A stretch of 64,000 bases of DNA from Nitrososphaerota archaeon (GCA_028866655.1 JAGWHQ010000004.1:7674-71673), one strand, 5' to 3'; numbered from the stretch's first letter, positions 19,855-29,273 are shown. The notes: a model not told the origin generated them from the letters alone. Translations and numbers: made by a program.

Positions 19855-19901
19855 GCATGAAATTTCCTAGCGGAACACATAGCGGAACGGCAGTTTCATG
19901 C
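19855..19901. promoter_or_regulatory. Putative operator: 8-bp inverted repeat enclosing a 9-bp direct repeat
   Basis: GCATGAAA 19855-19862 / TTTCATGC 19894-19901 around TAGCGGAAC at 19868 and 19880. Confidence 0.45.
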
Positions 19902-20017
19902 CTTGAAACAATCAATTTTCTAGTTATTGAGAAGCGGGGGAAGAGATCAGAGCAGGTTAGAATGCAAAAAAAGATTACATAATGTACTAGATATTGGGGA
20001 GATTATTCCTTAATTTG

Positions 20018-20395
20018 TTATAGTTTTGCAGTTTTCTTTTTGATTAATTCTACAATTTCTAACTTTCGTTTTATGTCCATATCAGGCTCCATTGTTACGT
20101 AGACAGTCTTGCGTTTTGGATAGATTACAATTTGAGTGATTTTTTGACGTTCAATGTGTACATAATTTACTGGACCAAGGCTCTTGTCAAAGTGTTGCCT
20201 GATTTTTCTCCTTGTTGCTACTTGTTTGCAGAAATGTTCTTCTTCCTTTTGTGATTTTAGCGAGGTCTTTCCTTCCTTCATTATTGCTTCTGATATGTTT
20301 CCTTTTAGATCTATTATCGCAGCAAATCTCATCATTTGATCTAATCCAATGATATCTTCTACTATCGGAAGCAGGTTTACTTTGCCATTCTTCAA
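20018..20395 (-). CDS. Profilin/roadblock-like thaumarchaeal protein (DUF6659-like)
   Basis: MRFAAIIDLKGNI...FDKSLGPVNYVHIERQKI pattern. Confidence 0.6.
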   Translation of the reverse strand: MKNGKVNLLPIVEDIIGLDQMMRFAAIIDLKGNISEAIMKEGKTSLKSQKEEEHFCKQVATRRKIRQHFDKSLGPVNYVHIERQKITQIVIYPKRKTVYVTMEPDMDIKRKLEIVELIKKKTAKL

Positions 20396-20552
20396 GTAAC
20401 TCGAACCAAAGATTCAGGTCTCTAAATATATCTCAATCTCCGTTATAGCCCATTTTGACTAGAAATGTTCAATAGGCTACCAAACTTCTCAAAACTGGTT
20501 TTTTGTTTATTAACTTTTTATATATTAAAAACAACAATACCCAATAAGCGAT

Positions 20553-21146
20553 ATGTTTGATAAATTCAGAAAGAAAAAGGATGAATTCGGATCGACTTCA
20601 GGAATTGAGGATAAGATCGCTGACCAACCACCAGGCAAGGTTTTTCAATATGAACCAGAAGGAACAAGTGTAAAGACGTCTGAAGTCATAGAAGAATCCC
20701 GTTTTCGCCCTTCAGAACAAGTAAAAATACCGGAACCTATTCAACAAACTCGTATGAGCACATCAGGTGAAGATATAGGAATCAAGGCATTGATGGACAA
20801 GAGAACCAAGTTAGAAGAAGCCATAGACTATGTAGGTTTAATGATCAAGGATCTTAAAGACAAGCGAACTAGTCTAGAAAAAAACATCGAGGATGAATCT
20901 GTTGATATCAAAAATCTAAAGGAAAAACTTGTCAAAGTAGGTCAATACATAGAAGAAGAAAAACAGGGCATCAGGACATTACAACAGAAAAGGGGTGAGG
21001 TTGAAAAAGAAGCAGATGATGTTGCTGTAATGATCACCAGCCTACGAGAAAGACTGATCAGTATTGATCAAGTGGTAAATGAAGAAGGTAGCAAGATTGC
21101 AAAATTCAAAGAGACTAGACCAAAGACCGAGTCTTCCCTAACCTAG
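20553..21146 (+). CDS. Coiled-coil hypothetical protein
   Basis: Long E/K-rich heptad region; TTTATATA upstream. Confidence 0.7.
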   Translation: MFDKFRKKKDEFGSTSGIEDKIADQPPGKVFQYEPEGTSVKTSEVIEESRFRPSEQVKIPEPIQQTRMSTSGEDIGIKALMDKRTKLEEAIDYVGLMIKDLKDKRTSLEKNIEDESVDIKNLKEKLVKVGQYIEEEKQGIRTLQQKRGEVEKEADDVAVMITSLRERLISIDQVVNEEGSKIAKFKETRPKTESSLT

Positions 21147-21481
21147 AATGTGAAACTCTCTTTTACTAGTGCATCTAGATTTTCTTTTATTTCATCATCA
21201 GAAGACAATGAACCTAGATCTCTTACCAACACCTCAGTTGCAAGACACTGATTCTTGGAGTATTGGTAGTAACAATCTAGTTTTTCTTCGTATGTCTTTG
21301 CACTATAATAGGTAGTCCAGAAATTTTCTGTAGAATGTTGAACATACAGAAGGAACTTTTGAATTATTGATTCAATCTTCGGAGAAGGATTGTCTTTTAC
21401 CAATCCAATTAGAATTTGCTCTAGTTTGCTGTCTAGATTTGATTCGTAAATAAGCTGATACACATCCCCATCCTTTTTCAT
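21143..21481 (-). CDS. Hypothetical protein
   Basis: 112-aa ORF converging on the coiled-coil gene with 4-nt overlap. Confidence 0.6.
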   Translation of the reverse strand: MKKDGDVYQLIYESNLDSKLEQILIGLVKDNPSPKIESIIQKFLLYVQHSTENFWTTYYSAKTYEEKLDCYYQYSKNQCLATEVLVRDLGSLSSDDEIKENLDALVKESFTF

Positions 21482-21901
21482 GACTAGAGTACGTCATCGT
21501 ATCATAAAAGCTTTATAGAGAAATTTTAGATATATTTGAAAAATTATCTAACAACTTTGAATAATCAAGAAAATTCAAAAATTTAAGATGAAATTTAACA
21601 CAAGCCTTAAATATTTTATTCACGTATTAATACTCCCTGTCAAAGGAAATCCTCCCAAGATAGGTATCATGCAAGCAATGTGTGATGTGTAAAGACAATC
21701 TTTCCACATAAAGCATCCCAAGGTACCCCGAAGGAAAATGATGACAAAGGTCAACATGCTTTGAGTGTACTACACTCACAAGGTGTAGTCTCCACACTTC
21801 TGCATGATAGAATTTTTTCCACAAATAGCAAAGAATAGACAAAACTATGGAAATGTTTCAAATGCATTATACAATAATGTCCAATTTCTGATTCTAGAAC
21901 G

Positions 21902-23176
21902 ATGCAACTTCAAAATAAACGATGGATGTGGTACTTGTTACCATCTCAGATTACTTCTCAGGGATTAAGCACTGTAATTCCATTATACGTAATCTTTCTT
22001 GGAGGCGATATAGGAGAAATAGCTATCATATCTGCCCTTCAAAATGGCTCAATAGCTATTGGCTCATTAGTATGGGGGAAAATAATTGATAGATTTCATT
22101 CTAAAAGACTGATACTTGTTATCTCATCCTTTTTTGTTTTGCTTTGTAGTCTTGGCATGTATTTTACCAATTCAATCTACATTCTTTATGGATTAGCAAT
22201 AGTACTCGGGTTTTTTATGGTTGCAAAAAGCCCAGTTACCCAGCTTCTTGTAATGGAATCGGTACAAAAGAATCTTTGGAGTTGGCTATTTGCTAGAACA
22301 TCAATTATCAGTACACTTGGAATGTTAGTTGCTATGATAATTGGAACAGTTGGAAGTTTTTATTTTGATCTCAGACCATACTTTTTGATATGCGCTGTAT
22401 CAAGCGGCGTATCCATGGTTTTGAGCATCATATCTGTTAAGGATGACGAGGGTATTCATATTGAAAGAAGCAGTATTGCTCACTCTCTTTATGGTCTACG
22501 ATACTCAATTAGTCATCATCATTTTGTTTTTCCAAAAATTCTAGAAGTATATGATTTCAGGCACATAATTACACTATTCAAGGGAAGAATAAGCAATGAA
22601 ATAGGCATATTCTATCTGGCTTCATTTTTTTTCTATTTTGGAAGTAACATGTATTTTACTGCCTGGACGCCATTTTTGAAAAATCAGAATTTTTCAAATG
22701 CTGATGTTTTCCTGAATTATACAATTCAAATGATAACCATGCTACTAGTATTTTTCATAGCTCCCAAAATAATATCAAAATTTGGAGAAGAACGATCAAC
22801 TATTCTAGCGCATATACCACGAATTTTAGCAGTAATGATTCCAGCTGTATCATTATTCTTCATGACAGGGACTTTGGGTTTTCCAGTTACAATAACATCG
22901 GCTTGCATGATGGTAATTGCATTTTCAATCTTTAGTACATCTAGCTCTGTGATATTTTTCAAAAGCATCCCACAAGGATTCGAGGGAAAATATCTAGGAG
23001 TAAACAGCGCAGTAACAGGCATAGGAGTATTTGCAGGTTCTCTTGTTACAGGAGAATTGACAAAATTTCTAGGATATGCCACTATGTTTCTATCTGCCTC
23101 TGCAATACTAGTGGTATCACTAGTATTGTACAAGATATACTTCCGATATAGACTATCACACAATAAGATAATCTAG
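21902..23176 (+). CDS. MFS transporter
   Basis: About 12 TM helices; WGKIIDRFHSKR loop motif. Confidence 0.88.
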   Translation: MQLQNKRWMWYLLPSQITSQGLSTVIPLYVIFLGGDIGEIAIISALQNGSIAIGSLVWGKIIDRFHSKRLILVISSFFVLLCSLGMYFTNSIYILYGLAIVLGFFMVAKSPVTQLLVMESVQKNLWSWLFARTSIISTLGMLVAMIIGTVGSFYFDLRPYFLICAVSSGVSMVLSIISVKDDEGIHIERSSIAHSLYGLRYSISHHHFVFPKILEVYDFRHIITLFKGRISNEIGIFYLASFFFYFGSNMYFTAWTPFLKNQNFSNADVFLNYTIQMITMLLVFFIAPKIISKFGEERSTILAHIPRILAVMIPAVSLFFMTGTLGFPVTITSACMMVIAFSIFSTSSSVIFFKSIPQGFEGKYLGVNSAVTGIGVFAGSLVTGELTKFLGYATMFLSASAILVVSLVLYKIYFRYRLSHNKII

Positions 23177-23820
23177 ACGAAGCGTGTTGTGGAAGCTGAT
23201 TGATCCGCAGGAGTTGAAGGCAATTTGTCGTTGATTGCTGCCTCAGCAACTGCAGAAGCCTCTTGGAGAATCTTGTCAGATTCTTCGCTTGATGCGCTTG
23301 AGTCGATTCCAAAGTCACCACTGTGGAATGTATCAGTCATAAGACCTCCTAGCATCTCAGTCATTCCAGATAGTTCACGGTCAGCCTCTGGCATGAATTT
23401 GACTAGAGAAGATTTGAGGTTCTTCATCAAGCCTATTGTTGGCATGATTGTTACTACAGTATCTCCTAGGTCGTGGAATGTGCTTAGTCTAAGCTCGATT
23501 TGTTCTAGAGCAATTCTAGCATTTCCTAAAAGCTTTGTTACTTTTCTAACTTCGGCTAATTCTTTTGATAAAACTTTACTTGCAGTGATATCATGATTCT
23601 GTGTTGCAATTACAATTCTTTTGAATAATTTTTCATCTTTTTGTTTTAGCTTTGTAATCATTCCATCGAGTTTTACAATTTGAGTTTGGAGTCTTTTTAT
23701 TCCAGTCTCTAATCTTGGTTTTAGTGCACCTTTTGGTTTTATTACATCATTAAATTTTTCACCAATGCTTGGTGTTTGCTGTCTTTGCCAATTGTTCGTA
23801 AATGTTGTCATGGTTACCAC
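23173..23820 (-). CDS. cdvB: ESCRT-III/Snf7-family CdvB paralogue
   Basis: Helical Snf7 core KLKQKDEKLFKRIV...ELAEVRKV...LEQIELRL; 'SEESDKILQEASAVAE' tail; alternative start 23811. Confidence 0.85.
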   Translation of the reverse strand: MVTMTTFTNNWQRQQTPSIGEKFNDVIKPKGALKPRLETGIKRLQTQIVKLDGMITKLKQKDEKLFKRIVIATQNHDITASKVLSKELAEVRKVTKLLGNARIALEQIELRLSTFHDLGDTVVTIMPTIGLMKNLKSSLVKFMPEADRELSGMTEMLGGLMTDTFHSGDFGIDSSASSEESDKILQEASAVAEAAINDKLPSTPADQSASTTRFV

Positions 23821-23997
23821 TGATAAAGTTGGTTTTTAATTTCAGGTGTGAAATACGGTTCACAGTATACTAAATTTAGCTGACAAAACACAGAATGCCA
23901 GGTTCAGCCTACGCTTGGTCTCCATTTGAATAAAAAACTAAAAACTCGTGGATAACCATGATTGGATACATCCTACGACTAATCCCCGCGCAGAGCC

Positions 23998-24108
23998 TTA
24001 TTGCATTATTTGAATTGCAGTATTTCTCTGTGGATGGATTTTCTTTAGGTGAATAGCCAGTGCCTGGTTCGACTGCTGGAATTCACAACAAAGTGGACAT
24101 TGTTCCAT
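23998..24108 (-). CDS. 36-aa C2H2 zinc-finger microprotein (unannotated)
   Basis: MEQCPLCCEFQQSNQALAIHLKKIHPQRNTAIQIMQ = C-x2-C-x12-H-x4-H; TATA box upstream. Confidence 0.7.
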   Translation of the reverse strand: MEQCPLCCEFQQSNQALAIHLKKIHPQRNTAIQIMQ

Positions 24109-24122
24109 TTTATTTAATGCGG

Positions 24123-24147
24123 GTTCTGCAGAACAAATGTATTTAAA
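24123..24147 (-). promoter_or_regulatory. TATA box (TTTAAATA, 24147-24140) followed by a perfect 12-bp palindrome GTTCTGCAGAAC (24123-24134)
   Basis: Lies just upstream of the zinc-finger ATG at 24108. Confidence 0.5.
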
Positions 24148-24469
24148 GGTTATGTACAAGTCTGCAAAAAATAATTTTAAAGAAAAATTTTTGAAAAAAT
24201 TGTTTAAAGAAAAATTTAAAAAATAATTTTAAAAAATAAATCAAAAAATATTATTTGAAAAGATCAAATTTGATTTTGTCTCATGATCATCAGTCAAAAA
24301 AATGAATCAACGTGAGAGATTACAATATGCTAATTAGAATATTTTGGTATTAATGAAATATAAAATAGAATTTTTATATTATATCATGATGAAATAACGA
24401 ATTAATAGATTGTACACTCATAGTTAAACCTTTTTATTTATGTTAATCGAAATTCTTATAAGATATTAT

Positions 24470-25384
24470 ATGACTCGCGAATCTTTTGGTTCTGGTGGCC
24501 GTTGCCCTCGTTGTGGAAAAGGCCCAATGGTAACTGATAACACTACAGGAGAAATGTTTTGCGGAGGTTGTGGTTTTGTACTTACAGAGCGCGTAGAAGA
24601 ATCCGGTCCAGAATGGAGATCATTTTCTAAAGAAGAACATGAAGATCGAAGTAGAACTGGAACTCCTACTTCACTTGCAATGCATGACATGGGACTTGCA
24701 ACAATAATTGGTCCTGCTGACAAGGATGCATCAGGAAAACCACTTTCTGCATCAATGAAGAGTACAATAGAGAGACTCAGAACTTGGGATAGCAGAAGCC
24801 AAGTTCATGAACCAGTAGATAGAAACTTTAGACAAGCCTTCAGCGAACTTGATAGATTAAAAGATAAACTTGCATTATCTGATGCAGTAATTGAAAAGAC
24901 TGCTTACATTTACAGAAAAGCACTTGACAAAGGTCTTGTCAGAGGCAGATCAATTCCAGGACTTGTAGCTGCTGCACTATACGCAGCATGTAGAGATACT
25001 GAAACTCCAAGGACACTTACAGATGTTGCAAATGGAATCAACATCAAACGAAAAGATGTTGCCAGATGTTACAGATTATTATTGCGAGAACTTGATCTGA
25101 AAATGCCAGTTGTTGATCCAATAAAATGTGTAGCAAGAATTGCAAGTAAAGCAGGCTTGAGCGAGAAAACAAAAAGAAGAGCTTTGCAGATTCTAAAAGA
25201 TGCAGCTGAAATTGAAATTTCAGCTGGAAAAGATCCTATGGGACTTGCAGCTGCTGCACTATACTTGTCATGTGTTATGAACGGAGAAAACAAAACACAA
25301 AAGGATGTTGCACAAGCTGCTGGAGTAACTGAAGTTACAATCAGAAATAGATACAAGGGATTGAAAGAATCACTCAAACTCTAA
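24470..25384 (+). CDS. tfb: Transcription initiation factor IIB
   Basis: Zn ribbon CPRC...CGGC, GPEWRSF, two cyclin repeats, VTEVTIRNRYK; start ATG 24470. Confidence 0.97.
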   Translation: MTRESFGSGGRCPRCGKGPMVTDNTTGEMFCGGCGFVLTERVEESGPEWRSFSKEEHEDRSRTGTPTSLAMHDMGLATIIGPADKDASGKPLSASMKSTIERLRTWDSRSQVHEPVDRNFRQAFSELDRLKDKLALSDAVIEKTAYIYRKALDKGLVRGRSIPGLVAAALYAACRDTETPRTLTDVANGINIKRKDVARCYRLLLRELDLKMPVVDPIKCVARIASKAGLSEKTKRRALQILKDAAEIEISAGKDPMGLAAAALYLSCVMNGENKTQKDVAQAAGVTEVTIRNRYKGLKESLKL

Positions 25385-25436
25385 ATTTTTGTAAAATCAT
25401 TTTTCAATCAAGATAATTTTTACTTTCTAGTGGTTC

Positions 25437-25568
25437 AAAAATTAATGGCGTGGCCCTTGTTCGTAGACAAACAGAGATTACCTCTTTTTATCCCACCCAT
25501 GTGGGATTCACAATTCAAGTCTACGGAGCCACGCTCTCTTAAGCAGTAGATTTTACATCTTTCTGCAT
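25437..25568 (-). ncRNA. Candidate structured RNA, element E1 (homologue of E2)
   Basis: ATGCAGAAAGATGTAAA 5' motif; stems GCGTGGCTC/GGGCCACGC, CGTAGAC/GTCTACG, ATCCCAC/GTGGGAT, AGAG/CTCT; own TATA box and 3' T-tract. Confidence 0.7.
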
Positions 25569-25590
25569 TATTTATCATAATACATCATCA

Positions 25591-25598
25591 TATTTATC
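25591..25598 (-). promoter_or_regulatory. TATA box of element E1 (GATAAATA, preceded by BRE-like ATGAAAT)
   Basis: Ends 23 nt before the conserved ATGC start at 25568. Confidence 0.55.
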
Positions 25599-25768
25599 AT
25601 TTCATATGTATTTTTACATATTTTTAAAATATTTACATAAAATATTTCAATAAACATAGACATTGTTTACGATCACTAGATTGCTATAATATGCATTTTT
25701 GAAGATTCATCAAAATGAGTTGCTTGTCTTCGACAGACTAATTTGATACAGTATGTGATCAGACATGT

Positions 25769-26512
25769 ATGAAACTTTCTGGCAAGGTTGCAATTGTTAC
25801 AGGAGGTAGTAGAGGCATTGGAAAAGCTACGGCAATGTTACTTGCACAACATGGAGCAAATGTAGTAATCACATCAAAAGACAATACCAATCTTCAAAAC
25901 GCTGCAGCTGAAATGAAAAATGTTATAGCAATATCTGGAGACATTAGAAAAAATACAGATGTAGAAAATGTTGTAAAAAATACTTTGGAGACTTTTGGTA
26001 AGATTGACATTCTAGTAAATAATGCAGGTATTTTTCCCAAAGTAAAACCTCTACATGAAATTTCTGAAGAAGAATGGAATGACATCATAGATGTAAATTT
26101 AACGGGGCAGTTTCGTTTTACAAAAGCCGCAATACCTCATTTGATGAAAACGAGTGGTTGTATTGTCAATGTTTCATCAGATGCGGGGTTGAAATCATTT
26201 GAAAATTTTGAAGCAGATGCATATACTGCATCAAAGGGAGCACTAGTTTTACTTACAAAAGCATGGGCCGTAGAATATGCCAAATACAAGATACGTGTGA
26301 ATTGCGTCTGCCCTGGAATTGTGGAAACTGATATGACAAAGCCATATCTTGGAAATGAAGCTGACAGAGAAATGGCAATAGCAGAGCATCCAATTGGGAG
26401 AATAGGAATACCGGAGGATGTTGCAAGGGCAATATTCTATCTTGTTTCAGAGGATTCTTCATGGATTACAGGTGCAATTTTACCCGTAGATGGTGGAATC
26501 ATTACTAAATAA
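25769..26512 (+). CDS. Short-chain dehydrogenase/reductase (FabG-like)
   Basis: TGGSRGIG, NNAG, YTASK. Confidence 0.92.
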   Translation: MKLSGKVAIVTGGSRGIGKATAMLLAQHGANVVITSKDNTNLQNAAAEMKNVIAISGDIRKNTDVENVVKNTLETFGKIDILVNNAGIFPKVKPLHEISEEEWNDIIDVNLTGQFRFTKAAIPHLMKTSGCIVNVSSDAGLKSFENFEADAYTASKGALVLLTKAWAVEYAKYKIRVNCVCPGIVETDMTKPYLGNEADREMAIAEHPIGRIGIPEDVARAIFYLVSEDSSWITGAILPVDGGIITK

Positions 26513-26554
26513 TTATACTAATAAAATTAATAGAACCTATTCTAAGGTTATATC

Positions 26555-26773
26555 GTGACCCCAAAAAAGAAGAGTGCACTCAAGGTAATTATCATGCTTT
26601 CAATCATTTGGTTTGCCTCAGCATTACCTGTACCTTTCATATGGTCCAATCCAAGTCCTCAACAATCTGAACAGTTCAAGACCTATCTGGAAATAGCAGC
26701 CTTGATTTCTGTGCCATTTATTGCAATGGCAATTGCCTGGACATTAAAGCCAGAACTTACCACACGTGGCTAG
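26555..26773 (+). CDS. Small two-TM membrane protein
   Basis: 72 aa, GTG start, two hydrophobic helices. Confidence 0.6.
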   Translation: MTPKKKSALKVIIMLSIIWFASALPVPFIWSNPSPQQSEQFKTYLEIAALISVPFIAMAIAWTLKPELTTRG

Positions 26774-27513
26774 CCAAGAAACTCTACTGCCCCTAGTCCT
26801 TCGGGGGTTGCTTTAATCCACCTGGTTCTTCCAATCCTTTCAACTTCAATGAATCTCCACTCGTTTAGAAGTGGCTGGATGATATTTTTATCAAGACTTG
26901 CAAATCTTGCTTGTTGAAAATTTTCCTCTCTTGCATTTACCATGATGAGTTTTCTTTCGTATGCAATTTTTGCCATCTCCTTCTTGGTTATTTTTCCATT
27001 ATTTTCTTGTATTATTTTCAAGGCCTGTACCAGTACAGGTTTTGGAGTATGAATTTCATAAGCTGGCAACTTGACAACTGATTTGAGTCCAGATGATAGC
27101 TGTTCCCCCTTTACACTAGAGTAACTTTCCGGTTCTGCATAATATGGAGTAAGTTTTATCTTTCCTTGAAACATCATGCATGCCATCATACATGCAATTG
27201 CTTGTATTTTTGATCCAGAAGAACAGTTTACAAAAATATCATTGCCATCTTCTTTTTGTACAATTTCTCGTAATGCCTTTAGGATCTTGAATAGATCAAA
27301 TCTATTGGAATGTGCTACTTGGACTTCGATCTTTTCTTTTTTTAGCTGAGCTCGAATTTTTTCCATGAATCCTTGGGCTTGATCCTTTGATGGTTCTGCG
27401 TGCATCAATAGCCACACTCTATCGGCTTTCATTTGTTTTGCAGGAATTGCAATTCGATCAATTTCAAAACCTACAGGAGCTACATGTACACGGAGGTTTA
27501 CTATTTTACTCAT
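26770..27513 (-). CDS. CARF-like domain + wHTH transcriptional regulator (HFX_2341/DUF6293, Csa3-like)
   Basis: VHVAPVGFEIDRI, IFVNCSSGSKIQAIA, C-terminal wHTH ending RTRWIKATPEG; start ATG 27513. Confidence 0.75.
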   Translation of the reverse strand: MSKIVNLRVHVAPVGFEIDRIAIPAKQMKADRVWLLMHAEPSKDQAQGFMEKIRAQLKKEKIEVQVAHSNRFDLFKILKALREIVQKEDGNDIFVNCSSGSKIQAIACMMACMMFQGKIKLTPYYAEPESYSSVKGEQLSSGLKSVVKLPAYEIHTPKPVLVQALKIIQENNGKITKKEMAKIAYERKLIMVNAREENFQQARFASLDKNIIQPLLNEWRFIEVERIGRTRWIKATPEGLGAVEFLG

Positions 27514-27649
27514 GTTAGTATGTATAGTTATCATACTATGGTGATGATATATAATAATTGTGCATTGTATACAGAAACATGCAACAAAAACTCACATCAG
27601 AGCAAAGCAAAGTCTCTGTTTATCCTAGAATAAGATCAGTCTTTGAGAA

Positions 27650-28210
27650 CTAATTCTTCATCCACGGGGTAGATTCCAAGTAATCTATGGATTTTATCAT
27701 CTCGTCAAGCTTTGTAGCAACCGCAGTCACTGCTTGAAATTCTTCATACATCATTTTTTCTTCATCTTGTGATAGTACTTGTTTTTCTGCAGTGTCAAAG
27801 AACTTGTCTTCTTTTGTTAAATGATCATCGAGGTAAATTGCATACGCCTTGAGAAATCTTGCAACAGGTTCTCTTTGATCTTCTCCTGACTTCCACTTTT
27901 GTAGATGCTTTGAAATGTTTGATGCGATTCTTCTTCCAAATTCATGTTCAATCATAAACACTCGGATCTCTTGCTTGAGAGAATCATAACTTGCAACACA
28001 AGGAAAATACTGGTCTTCTTCTCTTGCATAATGTATTGCATCCAAAAATTCCGACATGATTGAAACCATTATTTGCATATCAGAAAATGGGATATCATTA
28101 TTTTCATTTAATGCAGTATAACATCTAGTGATTATTTTTTCTAGTCTGCGTATTTGTCTATGATCGTTTCGTAATGTTTCAGTTCCGCTCATATCAGGTC
28201 CTGATATCAT
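27650..28210 (-). CDS. Hemerythrin (HHE) domain protein
   Basis: NDHRQI, IHYAREED, IEHEFG, DHLTKED. Confidence 0.85.
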   Translation of the reverse strand: MISGPDMSGTETLRNDHRQIRRLEKIITRCYTALNENNDIPFSDMQIMVSIMSEFLDAIHYAREEDQYFPCVASYDSLKQEIRVFMIEHEFGRRIASNISKHLQKWKSGEDQREPVARFLKAYAIYLDDHLTKEDKFFDTAEKQVLSQDEEKMMYEEFQAVTAVATKLDEMIKSIDYLESTPWMKN

Positions 28211-29049
28211 TAGGGATTTACTGTAAATAGTATTACCTTTTTTGGGTTGTATTGGATTATGGCAAAATGTGGCATGGAAGAGCCAACACCATAATATCCA
28301 GCAGGACCTCCAAGGCCTAATCGTATGAGATAATCATTTGTTGGATTGATTACAATTTCTTTGCTTTCCAATATGTGTCCTGCAATTTTTTCTTTTTTTG
28401 GTTCAAGATTAGAGTAGATCTCACGAATTTTACCTGCTTGATGGACTAGGGCAGCCTCCATGTGCTGATGTCCGCACAGTATGATATGATTACGTACATG
28501 CTTTCCTACTTCTCCAAAAGCAGACGATGCTTTGTAATGATATCCGTGATAGCTAAAGAACTCAAAGCCTTCATCGGTGAGTCGTTGCCAATTTCTTTGA
28601 TATAACCAGGCTTCACTATTGGCATTTTTTGGGGTTATCTTCTTGGGATCCAATGGTCCTCCATGAACACAGAAAAGACCATTTTTTGTATCTACAAACT
28701 CTTGATTGCCAAATGTACCATCTTTATTCTGTTTGAAGAATGCCAAGTCTTCAGAATCAAGCTTTTCATGTGCATCCATGCTTTCAAGAGAACTGGCACT
28801 CACTTTTTTTCCACTCAAGAATCCTTCGTCATGGTTACCTATCACAGAAAATATTGGATAGTTTTTTTCAAGGGAGCGTAATTTTGATATGACTTGTTTT
28901 GGGTGAATGCCACGTTCAAGCAAGTCACCTAGATTGATGATTCTAGAAAAAGAACCATACTTTTTTACAAACTCATCACTTGATACAGTCTGGATTATCA
29001 GGTCAAGCCCGTTGAGGTCTGCATGAATGTCAGAAAAAACTAGATCCAA
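28210..29049 (-). CDS. Calcineurin-like metallophosphoesterase
   Basis: SDIHAD, LGDLLE, GNHD, VHGG, CGHQH. Confidence 0.88.
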   Translation of the reverse strand: MDLVFSDIHADLNGLDLIIQTVSSDEFVKKYGSFSRIINLGDLLERGIHPKQVISKLRSLEKNYPIFSVIGNHDEGFLSGKKVSASSLESMDAHEKLDSEDLAFFKQNKDGTFGNQEFVDTKNGLFCVHGGPLDPKKITPKNANSEAWLYQRNWQRLTDEGFEFFSYHGYHYKASSAFGEVGKHVRNHIILCGHQHMEAALVHQAGKIREIYSNLEPKKEKIAGHILESKEIVINPTNDYLIRLGLGGPAGYYGVGSSMPHFAIIQYNPKKVILFTVNP

Positions 29050-29273
29050 TACAACTTGTTGTTTTTTAGCCTAATTTGAAATTTTTTGTGTCAAGAATTG
29101 GTTTGTAGAAAGATGTATGTGTAGATTTGTGTCCAGAATTGATATGATGTCATTCTAGGATTTTAGAATAAGAAAGTAAAAGTTTGATCTCAAATAAATA
29201 ACAAGTTTGGGATACATTATCAAATTAGCTTGCATCCTCATTATCCTACCCTGTGGGGATGTCAGCCGATTTA

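Noticed and set aside
21627-21842. 71-aa minus-strand ORF, and a plus-frame CKQC...CFEC pattern broken by stops
   Set aside because: No coherent motif or promoter; a decayed zinc-finger gene is possible but unsupported.
25448-25534. MITE interpretation of E1/E2 (shared terminal inverted repeats)
   Set aside because: No target-site duplication; conservation extends outside the inverted repeat to the 5' motif and TATA spacing; interiors conserve structure rather than sequence. Not fully excluded without a genome-wide count.
29104-29117. TGTAGAAAGATGTA, matching the 5' hairpin of E1/E2
   Set aside because: No ATG start, no GCGTG stem 34 nt downstream and no matching 3' end; probably chance.
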